Source: a phage
Sequence record: OZ413487.1
Length of the DNA stretch: 64,000 nucleotides
Direction: 5' to 3' (one strand)
Shown here: positions 1 through 10,629 of the stretch, piece after piece
Layout: the number at the start of each line of letters is the position of its first letter
Numbering within the stretch: position 1 is the first letter of the stretch
Translations under genes and position numbers: made by a program
The notes under the pieces: model-generated
The model's input: only the letters and a program-made list of their open reading frames with translations
Database searches by the model: none
What the model was told of the DNA's origin: nothing

Positions 1-1119
1 AAAACAGCGCTGGATGCTACAATTTCCGATACCAATAAAGCCACTGTGGACCTTATCAACGGCACAGCGTCAGCTATTCGTCAAGAACTTGCTGTTGCTA
101 AGCAGGAGATCATTGATGATGTTGGGGATGTGTCTGAGATCAGGGCTGCAGTAGCTACAACATCTAAGGCTGTAACCGACTTAGAGGGTAAAGTAAATGC
201 TCAATGGGGCACAAAAATACAGGTAGACTCCGCAGGGAATAAATATGTTGCAGGTATTCAGTTGGGGATGGAAGGGTCTGGAGGCCAAGTTCAATCCTAC
301 TTCATGGTTAGCGCAAACAATTTTGCGGTATACAACCCTGGCAATGGAACAGCAACCCTTGCTTTCGCAATCAAGAACAACCAAGCGTTCTTGAAAGACG
401 CTTTTATAGAGAATGGCACGATCTCCTCTGCCAAGATTGCACAAGAAATTTCGTCAAACAACTACGATGGCAACGGGTACCATAAATACGGTTGGTATAT
501 TAACAAGAACGGGCACGCCCAATTTATGGATGTGTGGGTGAAAGGCAACATCAACGCCAGTTCTGGTAACTTCACAGGGGCAGTTAACGCCACTAGTGGT
601 ACCTTCCGTGGGGATGTTTATGCCAATAATGGTAGCTTTAGAGGCACCATAGATGCAACCGGAGGTACCTTCCGTGGTCGTGTAGAAGCTTCTGTTATCC
701 GCGCTAACCAGTTCGAAGGTGCAATTGTTGCACACAGGACTTACGGAGATTGTGCTCCAGTATATAACTCCCAGCAAAGGGTTTGCCGTTGGAGGTGGAG
801 ATACGTAGATAACGTTTCAGGTCAGGGTAAGAACGTAACATTCTTCTTTAAACTGAATGGTACTCTTGCCAGCTCCCAACTGAATGCATGGATAGCTGGT
901 CATCAGATCCTTGCTGGCAAGAAGTATTTTAACGACAACAACGGCATGTGCGCGGTAGGGATAACAGGTCTTGGTGAACAAACTATAGACATTGTTATCG
1001 AGATTTACACACCGTGGTCAACGTCGAGCGTGACAGGTGTCACAATTTCCTGTCCTACTGTGATAGTAAGTCGTTCAAACTCTAGCTTCCAGGGACCTTG
1101 GAACGAGTCTCACGACTAA
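1..1119 (+). CDS. tail fiber / host-specificity protein, C-terminal fragment (5' end upstream of window)
   Basis: Reading frame is open from nt 1. Repetitive Gly-rich motifs (GNFTGAVNATSGTFRGDVYANNGSFRGT) and a KVNAQWGTKIQVDSAGNKYVAGIQLG segment resemble phage fiber / J-like C-terminal domains. A terminator follows. Confidence 0.7.
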   Translation, partial: KTALDATISDTNKATVDLINGTASAIRQELAVAKQEIIDDVGDVSEIRAAVATTSKAVTDLEGKVNAQWGTKIQVDSAGNKYVAGIQLGMEGSGGQVQSYFMVSANNFAVYNPGNGTATLAFAIKNNQAFLKDAFIENGTISSAKIAQEISSNNYDGNGYHKYGWYINKNGHAQFMDVWVKGNINASSGNFTGAVNATSGTFRGDVYANNGSFRGTIDATGGTFRGRVEASVIRANQFEGAIVAHRTYGDCAPVYNSQQRVCRWRWRYVDNVSGQGKNVTFFFKLNGTLASSQLNAWIAGHQILAGKKYFNDNNGMCAVGITGLGEQTIDIVIEIYTPWSTSSVTGVTISCPTVIVSRSNSSFQGPWNESHD

Positions 1120-1124
1120 CCTTT

Positions 1125-1153
1125 AAAGCCCCGCTTCGGCGGGGTTTATTTTT
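1125..1153 (+). terminator. rho-independent terminator (CCCCGC-UUCG-GCGGGG hairpin plus T-tract)
   Basis: 6-bp GC stem with UUCG tetraloop followed by TTTATTTTT, directly after the stop at 1119. Confidence 0.8.
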
Positions 1154-1162
1154 ATGCTCAGA

Positions 1163-1191
1163 TTGACTATTGTTACAAAATTTGGTAAAAT
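1163..1191 (+). promoter_or_regulatory. sigma70-type promoter (TTGACT-N17-TAAAAT)
   Basis: -35 TTGACT at 1163-1168, 17-nt spacer, -10 TAAAAT at 1186-1191, upstream of the baseplate gene. Confidence 0.55.
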
Positions 1192-1224
1192 ACCTTGTAG
1201 AGATTTTCATACCGGAGGAGTGAC

Positions 1225-2715
1225 GTGGCTAAGTATGGATTGACAGAGGCTGGTTTCGTTATACCAACCCTAAATGACCTAATCGTTGAAACTAAGCAAA
1301 GCCTGATCCGTGCTTTTGGCGAAAACTTCAACGTACAGAGTAACTCCGTTGCAGATAAGCTGACCACTATCTTCAACGAGCGAGAGTATCAACTTATTCT
1401 TATGGCAGCATCTGTATACGCATCACAGACGCTGTATGGGGCAGAAGGTATTTACCTAGATGAGCTTCTTGGAAGACAGGGTATTTACCGAAGAGGCCGT
1501 TCTAAATCATCAGGTACCTGCCAGTTGACAATCAACACAACTGTGCCGTACAATATGATTTATGATTCCAAAACTTATACACTGGATAGTGGCAACTTTG
1601 TTCTTAGCAATGATGTGCAGGTGGCAGGGAATCTTATTGCCCACAGAATAAATGCTCCAGACCTAAGGATTGGTAAATACAACTTTCAAATCACCAACCA
1701 GACAGATGGAAGTATCAAAACAAAAAGTCTGGTTTTAACAGATAAGTCTCTGGACTCTTCTGATCTGCCAAGCTTTTACGGAGAGATTAAGCAGTTCATT
1801 GTCGATAATACAACCCTGTTGAACGACGATTTGATTCAGATCGATATGTTGACAGGAACGTTGTGGATAGGGTACAATTCGAATCTTGATCAAGTTGGAC
1901 TTAATAGTAGGGTAGATTTCAGAGTATCCCCGATTGTAGGGGAAAGAACTATCACACTGGATGTTATCGCTAACGAGGCTGGTGAGCTGTCAAGAGAAGC
2001 AGAAACCGTGACAACAATGTCACCTACTCCTAGTGGATTTATCAAGCTTACCAACCGAGAAAGATTCAATGAGGGCAGGGATGTTGAGAAAGACTCAGAG
2101 TATCGCTTAAGAGCTTCCAGCACAAAACAGTTAACATCTAAGGCTACCCGTCCTGCAATCCTTAGCGCTGTAAGCGAGGTGAAAGGTGTTGAGAAAGTGA
2201 GAGTGTTCTCCAACAACACCGATAAAACTGATGCTAAAGGTATACCTCCTTACAAGTTCCAAGTGGTTGTGTTTGGTGGTGCAACGGAAGACATTTGCCA
2301 AGCACTTTACCAAACTATAGCCTGTACGAACAGGACTTATGGTAATATTTTCTACGATGTCACTACATCTGATGGTCAAACTGAAAGAATTTATTACTCC
2401 AAGGCAAATACCTACCGCCTAGATGTAAGAATTACCTACTCCGGTGCCGCACTTTCCACAACCGAAAAAGATGCCATTGTAGAGGCTCTTTTGCAGGTTG
2501 TTAACGGACTGGATGTTGCAGATACGTTGTATAATATCCAATTGGTCGGCGCTGCATCTGCTGCTGTATCAATAGGCAGATTTAATAGACTGGTAATTCA
2601 AGTTAAACCAGTAGGAGCTTCTGATGAAGCTTACACTACAAACGATATTGTTGCGAACATGACCGAGGTGTTTGACCTCGACGAAAGTAATATAACTTTC
2701 CAACAAACTATTTAA
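1225..2715 (+). CDS. baseplate J-like protein (baseplate wedge subunit)
   Basis: N-terminal region (GFVIPTLNDLIVETKQSLIRAFGENFN ... YGAEGIYLDELLGRQGIYRRGRSKSSG) matches the pattern of baseplate J family proteins. Lies in the tail module with a Shine-Dalgarno site (GGAGGAG). Confidence 0.65.
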   Translation: MAKYGLTEAGFVIPTLNDLIVETKQSLIRAFGENFNVQSNSVADKLTTIFNEREYQLILMAASVYASQTLYGAEGIYLDELLGRQGIYRRGRSKSSGTCQLTINTTVPYNMIYDSKTYTLDSGNFVLSNDVQVAGNLIAHRINAPDLRIGKYNFQITNQTDGSIKTKSLVLTDKSLDSSDLPSFYGEIKQFIVDNTTLLNDDLIQIDMLTGTLWIGYNSNLDQVGLNSRVDFRVSPIVGERTITLDVIANEAGELSREAETVTTMSPTPSGFIKLTNRERFNEGRDVEKDSEYRLRASSTKQLTSKATRPAILSAVSEVKGVEKVRVFSNNTDKTDAKGIPPYKFQVVVFGGATEDICQALYQTIACTNRTYGNIFYDVTTSDGQTERIYYSKANTYRLDVRITYSGAALSTTEKDAIVEALLQVVNGLDVADTLYNIQLVGAASAAVSIGRFNRLVIQVKPVGASDEAYTTNDIVANMTEVFDLDESNITFQQTI

Positions 2716-2726
2716 GGCGGCGAGAT

Positions 2727-3413
2727 ATGGCAGAGATTAAGTCGGATGTTAACCACATCCACACTCTGCCAGATTTTGTTCAGGGAGGTCTTGACTACCT
2801 GCCTGGAGATTTTCTGGCTGAGAAGGTTAATTTGGTCACATTCTTAACCGTGTACCTTAAAAGGTTGGAGGATGTTGATAAGATGCTGGTAGGTTTGGCT
2901 GAAGGAAGATTGCTTAACAATGCCAGCGGAAGATACCTTGACGAAGTTGGTAATCAACTTGGTATTCTTAGGAATGGACTTTCAGATGCTGATTTTCGTG
3001 CCACACTAATTATTCAGCAGGCCGCAGCATCAAGGGGCGGGACTCGCGAAGATGTCATCTCCACCTTGCGACAATTGTTCGGAAGAAACAATTTCGATAC
3101 GTGGAAAGGAGACAACTTCAGGTTTGACATAAATATTAGAAAAACTTGCTTTGACATATTGCAGTCTATCGATCAGATCTTAGATATGCTACCATTGCCT
3201 TGTCATTTGCGTCTTACAGAATCGCAAGGGCAAGCTTTTGGTTTTGAAGGGGACCATACAGCTCTTGGCTTCGGATCAGTGTGGGAAGAAAACCAATTCG
3301 GAGTTGGTGGGCTGGCTACTTTGCTGTATGTTCCTGACGTAAGACCTGATTGGGACACCACAACCATTTATTGTGAAAGTATTACAGTAAACGCAACTAG
3401 ACAGGAGGGTTAA
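2727..3413 (+). CDS. putative baseplate / tail protein
   Basis: 228-aa ORF coupled to the baseplate J-like gene; position analogous to gpI-like baseplate proteins. No motif verified. Confidence 0.45.
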   Translation: MAEIKSDVNHIHTLPDFVQGGLDYLPGDFLAEKVNLVTFLTVYLKRLEDVDKMLVGLAEGRLLNNASGRYLDEVGNQLGILRNGLSDADFRATLIIQQAAASRGGTREDVISTLRQLFGRNNFDTWKGDNFRFDINIRKTCFDILQSIDQILDMLPLPCHLRLTESQGQAFGFEGDHTALGFGSVWEENQFGVGGLATLLYVPDVRPDWDTTTIYCESITVNATRQEG

Positions 3414-5485
3414 TGGCAACAGCTATTTTTAAACCTTACCGTGATTACTCTACAATGGCTGCACGGTTTCATTACCGCACAGTTCAGGATACTGCAGTTC
3501 CTGGTAGGGATTATAATCATGTTGAGGGTGATGTAACTATCCCAATTGGGGCAACCAGTATTGAGATCCCAGTGGAAATTGTTGACAAATTACCCAACAG
3601 GTTGCCAAGAAGCTTCTTTATGGAGTTTTCATCAAAATCTCAAGGGGTGATGATTGGAACACAAAGGGCGAAATGTACAATAGTTTCAGATGAGAATCTT
3701 GACAGGATATCTTGGGATACTGTCGAGGAGAGAATGTTTCACCCAAGATATTGGGTTACATCTACCCAGCAGACTGAAAGCACCTGTATTGTTGCAGATA
3801 ATAACTGTTGTATTAACCGTTTAGTGTCAAGAACATATGGAGGTATGGCTGGGTGCATTTGGGAAACAGTTGACAAGTATGACCATTTCGGTATTGGGTT
3901 TGATGATCATTATGAGATGAGAAATACCAAGCTTTGGTTCAGAATGTCAATAACCAACGCCAGCAACTTCTCCACTCCTGAAAAGATGATTATGACTGTA
4001 GACCTTGTTGATGGCACAATCATCTATGTTCCTTTAGCTCAATATGCTGTCAGCATCTCAGAGGATAAGAATGTTGCAGAAATTCATATTGATTTCGAGG
4101 ACTGCGTCGGGATGGACCAGAACAACAATATGATGGGTGTTGATCCTCGACAGGTGAGAAGGATTTTAATACCGCTTATGCCTAAAGATTGGGTAAGCAA
4201 TAGCACAAACCCAAGAACGGAAAATGTAGAGTGTGAGTTGCGCCTAGATCTGCTTCAGCCAGACACAGGCTGGAAAATGATGCAACTTAACAATATTCAG
4301 GTGAAAGAACACGACGTTGGGATCTGCACAGCATATGACGATATGTGGAACGTGTCTCCTTTAAGGGTGTTGAACAATATCAAGCGTCTGGGCTATACCG
4401 GAACCATAAACCATTATGTTGGTATGAGTCATTATTATGACTACACATGGTCAGGAACTCAATGGTCTATAAACAGAACAGGAGCGCTAAACGCTGCAGC
4501 TTATAAATGGCATGATGATTTTATGTACAATGCCAAACGACATAACTTCGACGTTATGCAATCTGTAAGTTTTGAGCTTTTCAGCGATGCCTGCCCGTTG
4601 GAATGGACCCAAAGAGACTGGAACGATAACTACGCTAAAACAGGGTATACACCTTGTAGCTACCTCCTGTCTCCAACCATTGAAGAGGGTATGAATTTCC
4701 TTACTGCAGTATTTAAGAATTTTGCATCAGCCGCTATGAGAAACAACCTGCCAGTGATTATGCAGGTTGGTGAACCGTGGTGGTGGTACAATACCGATAC
4801 TCGTAGACCTTGTATTTATGATTACCCTACAAAGCAGGCGTTTTATGATGAGACAGGTGAGTATGCATTAGATATTGGGACTATTGACGATCCTAAAACT
4901 GGCGGTGTTTACGACAAGTATGTAGCATTTTGTCGTGGTAAGCTTGGCGCTCGTATTGCGGCTATTTCAAAGGCAATAAAGGCACACGCTGCATCAGCTC
5001 AGATGACAGCTCTACTGTTTTTCCCAACCATTATGGAAACCGAGCTTACGCAAAAGCTTAACCTTGCTGACCAATATAAAAAGGAAGCAGGTGCTCTTGA
5101 TTTCTTCTGCACCGAGTGCTACGATTGGGTGATGCAGGGAGGTATTGAAAAGGCAAAAGAGTCTGTAAACATACCTATCGTTAAGTTAGGTTGGCAACCG
5201 TCTGAAATACAATACCTTGCAGGGTTCGTTCCTAGTAAAGAGCTTGCTCCGGTATATGGTTACGACCCAACCAGGAATTACCAAGAATTTTTATGGAGAT
5301 GTATTTGCGGAAACATGGCAACTATAGAGTATAGATATCCTGAGGTAAAACAGTATGTGTGGGCATACCCGCAAGTAATGTCTGACAGCATCACTGTTAC
5401 CGCTAGAGATTCTACCGTGCTTCATATGGGGCAGGTTGCTCTGAAAGGGTATGTAGAAGATGTTGTCCCGCCAGACTTCTCATAA
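3413..5485 (+). CDS. putative tail or baseplate structural protein (690 aa)
   Basis: Long ORF with start overlapping the upstream stop (ATGA), inside the fiber/baseplate operon. No recognisable catalytic motif. Confidence 0.6.
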   Translation: MATAIFKPYRDYSTMAARFHYRTVQDTAVPGRDYNHVEGDVTIPIGATSIEIPVEIVDKLPNRLPRSFFMEFSSKSQGVMIGTQRAKCTIVSDENLDRISWDTVEERMFHPRYWVTSTQQTESTCIVADNNCCINRLVSRTYGGMAGCIWETVDKYDHFGIGFDDHYEMRNTKLWFRMSITNASNFSTPEKMIMTVDLVDGTIIYVPLAQYAVSISEDKNVAEIHIDFEDCVGMDQNNNMMGVDPRQVRRILIPLMPKDWVSNSTNPRTENVECELRLDLLQPDTGWKMMQLNNIQVKEHDVGICTAYDDMWNVSPLRVLNNIKRLGYTGTINHYVGMSHYYDYTWSGTQWSINRTGALNAAAYKWHDDFMYNAKRHNFDVMQSVSFELFSDACPLEWTQRDWNDNYAKTGYTPCSYLLSPTIEEGMNFLTAVFKNFASAAMRNNLPVIMQVGEPWWWYNTDTRRPCIYDYPTKQAFYDETGEYALDIGTIDDPKTGGVYDKYVAFCRGKLGARIAAISKAIKAHAASAQMTALLFFPTIMETELTQKLNLADQYKKEAGALDFFCTECYDWVMQGGIEKAKESVNIPIVKLGWQPSEIQYLAGFVPSKELAPVYGYDPTRNYQEFLWRCICGNMATIEYRYPEVKQYVWAYPQVMSDSITVTARDSTVLHMGQVALKGYVEDVVPPDFS

Positions 5486-5497
5486 TCAGGAGATAAA

Positions 5498-6538
5498 ATG
5501 TCAAAACCTAGTTTTCCATTAGAGATTTGGGCAGAGGAGGATCAGGTTCTGCCTAACACCCACAGACAGAACAGGCTACGCCCGATTGATGATTTGTGGA
5601 GAAAAGGTTGGGATCTTGGTCAAAAGCCCTCATGTGAAGAACTTAACTATATTTTCAATATGCTCGGGACTTGGGCAAAATACATCGCTGACGAGCAGAT
5701 CCCCGCTCAAGAAGGCCGTTATCTGGTACGTGATAATAACTTGAGTGATCTTTTGAACATTCCTGTTGCCCGTAGAAACCTTGGGATTATTACTAAGGAA
5801 GAGGCAGACGCCAGGTATGTAAAAGTTACAGGTGATACAATGACAGGCCCATTGGGTTTGCAACGTATCAACTTTAAAGCTGCCGAGTCAGATAAGGCTT
5901 GGATAGAGACAACTATTGGCCCAGATAAGACAACTCTCGACTTTGGGTTAAGTGATAATACCGGGTCGTTTGATGATGGTGGTACATCTACAGTGGATGC
6001 GTTCCGTTGGAGATTCCAGCCAACTCAGCCGGATATTAATCCAGAGTTCACTTTGATGTACCTTAACGCGATCACGGCTAACCGTGCGCTGTTGAAAGTG
6101 GTAGGCAATGTTGAAGTTGTCGATAACATGAGGTGCAATAACCTTACTATCAGCAATACAGCGACATTCACCAACTGTAATGTGGCTAGTCAGTTGACGG
6201 CTGGGTCAGTGTATGTTAATGGTGGTGCAAGTTGTGACAGTATGGTTGTAAGAAGCCAGCACTGTGTTGTCGGTAACAGAAATGTGGTTCGCTCTGTGAA
6301 CGGAGTGACGGCTAACGGTAACGGTGATGTAACGATCACTATCCCGCAGACAGGTGTGCAAGACATCAGAATCGGTGCAAGACTTGTTGACGGCGTTTCC
6401 GAATCTCCAATTCGCAACGGCTACGTTGTCACAGGCTGGCATTTCGGTGACAAAAAAGAGATGCGTGGTTCAACCTACTGGGCAGGACCTTTACAAAAAC
6501 TTGTAAACGGTCAATGGATCACTGTTAATTATGCATAG
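5498..6538 (+). CDS. tail fiber protein, paralogue A
   Basis: Contains the fiber-type motif KVTGDTMTGPLGLQRI. Homologous over its full length to 7553..8596, with conserved N-terminus (P.FPLEIWA) and C-terminus (QKLVNGQWITVNYA). Confidence 0.75.
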   Translation: MSKPSFPLEIWAEEDQVLPNTHRQNRLRPIDDLWRKGWDLGQKPSCEELNYIFNMLGTWAKYIADEQIPAQEGRYLVRDNNLSDLLNIPVARRNLGIITKEEADARYVKVTGDTMTGPLGLQRINFKAAESDKAWIETTIGPDKTTLDFGLSDNTGSFDDGGTSTVDAFRWRFQPTQPDINPEFTLMYLNAITANRALLKVVGNVEVVDNMRCNNLTISNTATFTNCNVASQLTAGSVYVNGGASCDSMVVRSQHCVVGNRNVVRSVNGVTANGNGDVTITIPQTGVQDIRIGARLVDGVSESPIRNGYVVTGWHFGDKKEMRGSTYWAGPLQKLVNGQWITVNYA

Positions 6539-6552
6539 ATCGGAGGACTAGC

Positions 6553-7137
6553 ATGAAAATACTTCAAGAGTTTAAACTTTACCAACCGGGATCTGGCGAA
6601 TACCACTCCAACAAGGAAACCAAGGAGCTGACCCCTCAAGAGGTTGAGGATTACACCGCATACACTGGGTATTTTTTACGTAATGATGATGGCGATTGGT
6701 ATGTGCAGTCACGAACATTACGACAAGAAAATCCGGGTTGTATCTTCCTACTTGTTGACGAGAAGGGAATTCTTAAGACATCTACAGAAGAACCTGATGC
6801 CTTATGGCCTGCTCCAGGTCTTCGTGTGGTTATCGCCAAAAAAGAAGAGGTACCAGAAAACATTATGCTTCACCACGACGCTTTGCGTTTAGTTGGTGAT
6901 GAATTTGTCACAGATAATGAATTCTTTGTTCAACAGGCAGAGGGTGTCATAGAGACAGAACTTGCTTGGGCTACTGCTAGAATTGGTGCCTATCAAGACA
7001 TGATTGACCTTGAATATGATCTTACTGATGACCAGAAACGTAACATCAGAGATTTGAAAATGTACAGGGTAAAACTTCTTGAAATAGATACATCTAAAGC
7101 CCCTGACATTTTCTTCCCGGAGCGACCTACCCTCTAA
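6553..7137 (+). CDS. hypothetical protein (possible fiber assembly or accessory protein)
   Basis: 194-aa ORF with RBS GGAGGA, located between the two fiber paralogues. Confidence 0.5.
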   Translation: MKILQEFKLYQPGSGEYHSNKETKELTPQEVEDYTAYTGYFLRNDDGDWYVQSRTLRQENPGCIFLLVDEKGILKTSTEEPDALWPAPGLRVVIAKKEEVPENIMLHHDALRLVGDEFVTDNEFFVQQAEGVIETELAWATARIGAYQDMIDLEYDLTDDQKRNIRDLKMYRVKLLEIDTSKAPDIFFPERPTL

Positions 7138-7148
7138 GAGGAGGTGTT

Positions 7149-7463
7149 GTGGAGTTGGATTTGGCGGCATTGTACGGTATCTGCATGGGTACCGTTGTCC
7201 CGATCTGTGTATGGGCTTTCAACCAGTGGCACACCAAATGGAAAGGCATTTCCAAGAGGTTGGATGAACTGGAGAAAGACCTCATCTTAGTGAAAAACAG
7301 TATGGTTACAAAAGATAAACTTGATTCCGTTATCGAGACCCGGTTAAGCAAGCTAGAGGCCGATATTAACGACCTTAAGCAGGATGTCAGGACAGATGTC
7401 TCCGGCATCCGAGCTGATGTACAAAAGATTTTGCACATGCTCGTAGAGCATAGTAAAAGGTAA
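7149..7463 (+). CDS. membrane-anchored coiled-coil protein
   Basis: GTG start after GAGGAGG. N-terminal hydrophobic segment (LAALYGICMGTVVPICVWAF) followed by a heptad-like coiled coil. Terminator downstream. Confidence 0.5.
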   Translation: MELDLAALYGICMGTVVPICVWAFNQWHTKWKGISKRLDELEKDLILVKNSMVTKDKLDSVIETRLSKLEADINDLKQDVRTDVSGIRADVQKILHMLVEHSKR

Positions 7464-7471
7464 ACAAAGGT

Positions 7472-7508
7472 CAGAACGGAAAGGACTCCGTTCTTGCATT
7501 TTGTTCTC
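7472..7508 (+). terminator. rho-independent terminator
   Basis: GAACGGA / TCCGTTC stem followed by a U-rich tract (TTGCATTTTGTTCTC). Confidence 0.6.
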
Positions 7509-7552
7509 TAAAGTGTTAAAATAGTCCTAAGGAATTTTCTCAGGAGAACGTG

Positions 7553-8596
7553 ATGACTAAACCAGTTATCCCTCTTGATATTTGGGCCAATCAGGATGTT
7601 GTGCTTGAAAATACGGGAGAGTTGAATAAATCTCAACCAAAAAAAGAAGAGAGATTGAAAGGTTGGGATATGACACAAAGAGTGGCATGTGAAGTTGTTA
7701 ACTTTGAACTCCACATGCTTTCTGCGTGGTTAAAGCATTTAACAGAAGATGTTGTCCCAGGATGGGATAATAGATTCTTAAGGGTCACTAATAATCTAGC
7801 AGACGTTCCAGACAAAGCTGCTGCACGTCAAGTTCTCAATGTATACTCGCCTGAAGAAATGGACGATCTGTATGTTGACAAGTCTGGAGACATAATGACT
7901 CAGACTCAAACTTTAGGCCTTCAAAGAATCGAGTTTGCATCTGCGTCAACAGACAATGCGGCAATATATACCACCATAACTCCAGACAAGACGACGATGG
8001 ATTTCTGGATTATGGACAACATCGGTGGTGCTGACGGCACAGACCTTGATGATCCTTCTCACCAAATAGACGGGTTCCGTTGGAGATTTCAACCTTCTGG
8101 TGGGCAGCCTGTGTTTTCGGCTATGAAGCTCAATGCTATAACTGCCAACCGTGCAAGACTGGCCATCCAAGGAAATCTTGAATGCAACGATGCAAAAAGT
8201 TCCTCTGCAAATGCCAATGCGGTCACGATACCAAGAGCCACTGTTAACGGACAACAATCCTGCGGAATCGCTCAAATAGGTGGAAGAGTTGATTGTAACG
8301 ATGAAACAGTCAGGGGTCAATATGCAACAGTTGGTGGAAGAAACGTGGTCCGCAGGGTAAATGGTAACGGCGCAGACAGTAGTGGTAACCTTACTATCCC
8401 TATGCCCAGCAGAGGGGTTGATGATGTAAGGATAGCAAACCGTTTCAAAACCACCTACAGAGAGTCAAGAGTCTACCCTGGACATGTGATGTGCTCTGGT
8501 AACTACGCTTATAAACACCCTTATCAAGGTGATTACTGGACAGGTGCTATCCAAAAACTTGTAAATGGTCAATGGATCACTATATCTTATGCTTAA
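7553..8596 (+). CDS. tail fiber protein, paralogue B
   Basis: ATG at 7553 preferred over the track GTG at 7550 because of AGGAGA spacing. Motif KSGDIMTQTQTLGLQRI and the shared termini with 5498..6538. Confidence 0.75.
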   Translation: MTKPVIPLDIWANQDVVLENTGELNKSQPKKEERLKGWDMTQRVACEVVNFELHMLSAWLKHLTEDVVPGWDNRFLRVTNNLADVPDKAAARQVLNVYSPEEMDDLYVDKSGDIMTQTQTLGLQRIEFASASTDNAAIYTTITPDKTTMDFWIMDNIGGADGTDLDDPSHQIDGFRWRFQPSGGQPVFSAMKLNAITANRARLAIQGNLECNDAKSSSANANAVTIPRATVNGQQSCGIAQIGGRVDCNDETVRGQYATVGGRNVVRRVNGNGADSSGNLTIPMPSRGVDDVRIANRFKTTYRESRVYPGHVMCSGNYAYKHPYQGDYWTGAIQKLVNGQWITISYA

Positions 8597-8607
8597 AAAG
8601 AGGGTAA

Positions 8608-8874
8608 ATGAAACTAACTCAGTTTTTATGGGGACTGGTTGCGGCATCTGATGACCCTACGAAAGTGTCCCAAACTAAGCTATGGTCGAACATAGGCATG
8701 GCGGTGATGACTGGGGTGTTTATTCATATGGGGTATAATGATACGCTTCCTGAATGGTATGCGTGGATATACGCGCCTTCAGTAGCTTGCCCCCAGCTTA
8801 TTAGCAAATTCATCTCGCTCCGGTGGGGTTGCCAGCACCCTGACCACGTTAAAAACGAAGAGCAAAAAGCTTAA
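8608..8874 (+). CDS. small membrane protein
   Basis: 88 aa with a hydrophobic helix (IGMAVMTGVFIHMGY); RBS GAGGG. Confidence 0.5.
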   Translation: MKLTQFLWGLVAASDDPTKVSQTKLWSNIGMAVMTGVFIHMGYNDTLPEWYAWIYAPSVACPQLISKFISLRWGCQHPDHVKNEEQKA

Positions 8875-8883
8875 GGAGAAATC

Positions 8884-10629
8884 ATGGCGCAAGACATGAC
8901 AAGCTTTGAGCAGGCGGTAGATCAAGTAATTGTTGATTCTGAACGTTTGCACCTGATTGTCAACGGTAACGCTGTGGATGAAGTTGTCGTAGAGGATGGG
9001 ACCACCATCCCTACGGTACGAAAAGCCATGCTTGACACCCTTTATTTTAAAACGCCACCGATCCCTTGGGCGTATGGTGCATCCACAACAGTTTTTAACC
9101 AGCTGTACGAGTTTAAAGGGGACACAGGCCCTCAGTGGTGGTACGCTCCCGCAGCATCAAAATCTAACCCGGTTAGAATGCCAGCAGATCCTTCACAATC
9201 TCCAAACTGGAGATTATATACCGATTCTGCAGTAATGGCAAAATACTACGCAAAACTTAACAGTCCGAGGTTCGAAGGTGACCCGCGAGTACCTACGCCT
9301 CCAATGGACGACAAATCCGAGTCTATAGCAAACACAGAGTTTGTTGTTGACTATGTGGATAGCATATTTGAAGCCATGGAGGGAATGAAAGTTACTGTAG
9401 GGTCTTTGGTGGTAAAAGGTCTTACAGAACTTGCTAACACTATAGTTGGTGGCACACTCACCTTACATGGGCCTGTTAATGGAGCAGATTCTACTGCACG
9501 CTTCAGGAACCTAATCCTCACGGCAAATACTTCTACACTTACTTTTGCGTGGAGTGATCCTAAGCATGCAGACTGGAGAAGCACAGAGCTGCAACCTCAT
9601 GAAGTGTCCACCCACAGGGTTATAGCTGACACTATAACTTCTGGGAAACCAGTGGCTAATAATAACGATGTGCATTTTGATGGTCTAGGTAATAACTTTT
9701 TTGACTACGTGTACATTCGTGGTAATGCCATGAAGGCAGCAACCGAACCGACATTGCAGGTAGATGGAACCACCAGGGTTAAGAACCTTGAGGTGACAGG
9801 CACTGTTACAGGGATAACCTACTCTGTCGATGGCACCATGATTTACCCTAGCTATATTGAAAGCACGGGGGACGCATTAATAAATGGTGATTTAGAAGTT
9901 GGCGGATCTGTAGTTATTCGAGGTACAGCCTCTATCCAAAACATAGCTCTGAATACCCTAAGAGTCAATGAGCGTGCAACTTTTGAAGGGGAAGGGCTTA
10001 CAGCCAACAAAGGTGTAATTACCGAGCTGACAACCACTACTTTAACTGCAACAACTGCAAACTCTGAAAACTGCAACGTTACCAGAAACTTGCAGGTAAA
10101 TGGAGATGTTAGTTTAAACGCAGCAGGGACGGGCACCACCTACCTTCACAACCTTGAAATATCCGGCACAGTGACTGGGTGGCTGCCAGACTTCTCTAAT
10201 GTCAACTTTGTTTGTAATGGCATTAACTCCAGTGGCAAGATAACCACCTCTCAAGAAATTGAGGCGGGTAAAACCATTACTGCCCCTACTTTCCACGCAG
10301 GAAAGGTAGATTTTGATTTAGAGGAGGTTGACGCGTCCAGTGGGACATGGACACCTAACGGGCAGGCCAGTATGTATGTTGTCCACGCGAAAGGGGATTT
10401 TACAATAGGACAATGGCCTGGTACATCAGCGGAAGATAAACCTTATCCATTCACTGCGGTTATCTATGTCATTCAGGATGCTGTAGGTCACAACGTGACT
10501 TTGCACGATAAGTATGCTATCCTGTCGGCAACGCCTGTTATTAATAACAAGGCTAATAGTGTTACCTTGCTGCAATTAACATATTGTGGTGTTGGTGATA
10601 TCGTAGACGTAGTAATTGCACAACGTTAA
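8884..10629 (+). CDS. tail fiber / tail spike protein (581 aa)
   Basis: Long beta-rich ORF with T/G/N-rich repeats, RBS GGAGAA, in the fiber module, followed by a terminator. Confidence 0.6.
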   Translation: MAQDMTSFEQAVDQVIVDSERLHLIVNGNAVDEVVVEDGTTIPTVRKAMLDTLYFKTPPIPWAYGASTTVFNQLYEFKGDTGPQWWYAPAASKSNPVRMPADPSQSPNWRLYTDSAVMAKYYAKLNSPRFEGDPRVPTPPMDDKSESIANTEFVVDYVDSIFEAMEGMKVTVGSLVVKGLTELANTIVGGTLTLHGPVNGADSTARFRNLILTANTSTLTFAWSDPKHADWRSTELQPHEVSTHRVIADTITSGKPVANNNDVHFDGLGNNFFDYVYIRGNAMKAATEPTLQVDGTTRVKNLEVTGTVTGITYSVDGTMIYPSYIESTGDALINGDLEVGGSVVIRGTASIQNIALNTLRVNERATFEGEGLTANKGVITELTTTTLTATTANSENCNVTRNLQVNGDVSLNAAGTGTTYLHNLEISGTVTGWLPDFSNVNFVCNGINSSGKITTSQEIEAGKTITAPTFHAGKVDFDLEEVDASSGTWTPNGQASMYVVHAKGDFTIGQWPGTSAEDKPYPFTAVIYVIQDAVGHNVTLHDKYAILSATPVINNKANSVTLLQLTYCGVGDIVDVVIAQR

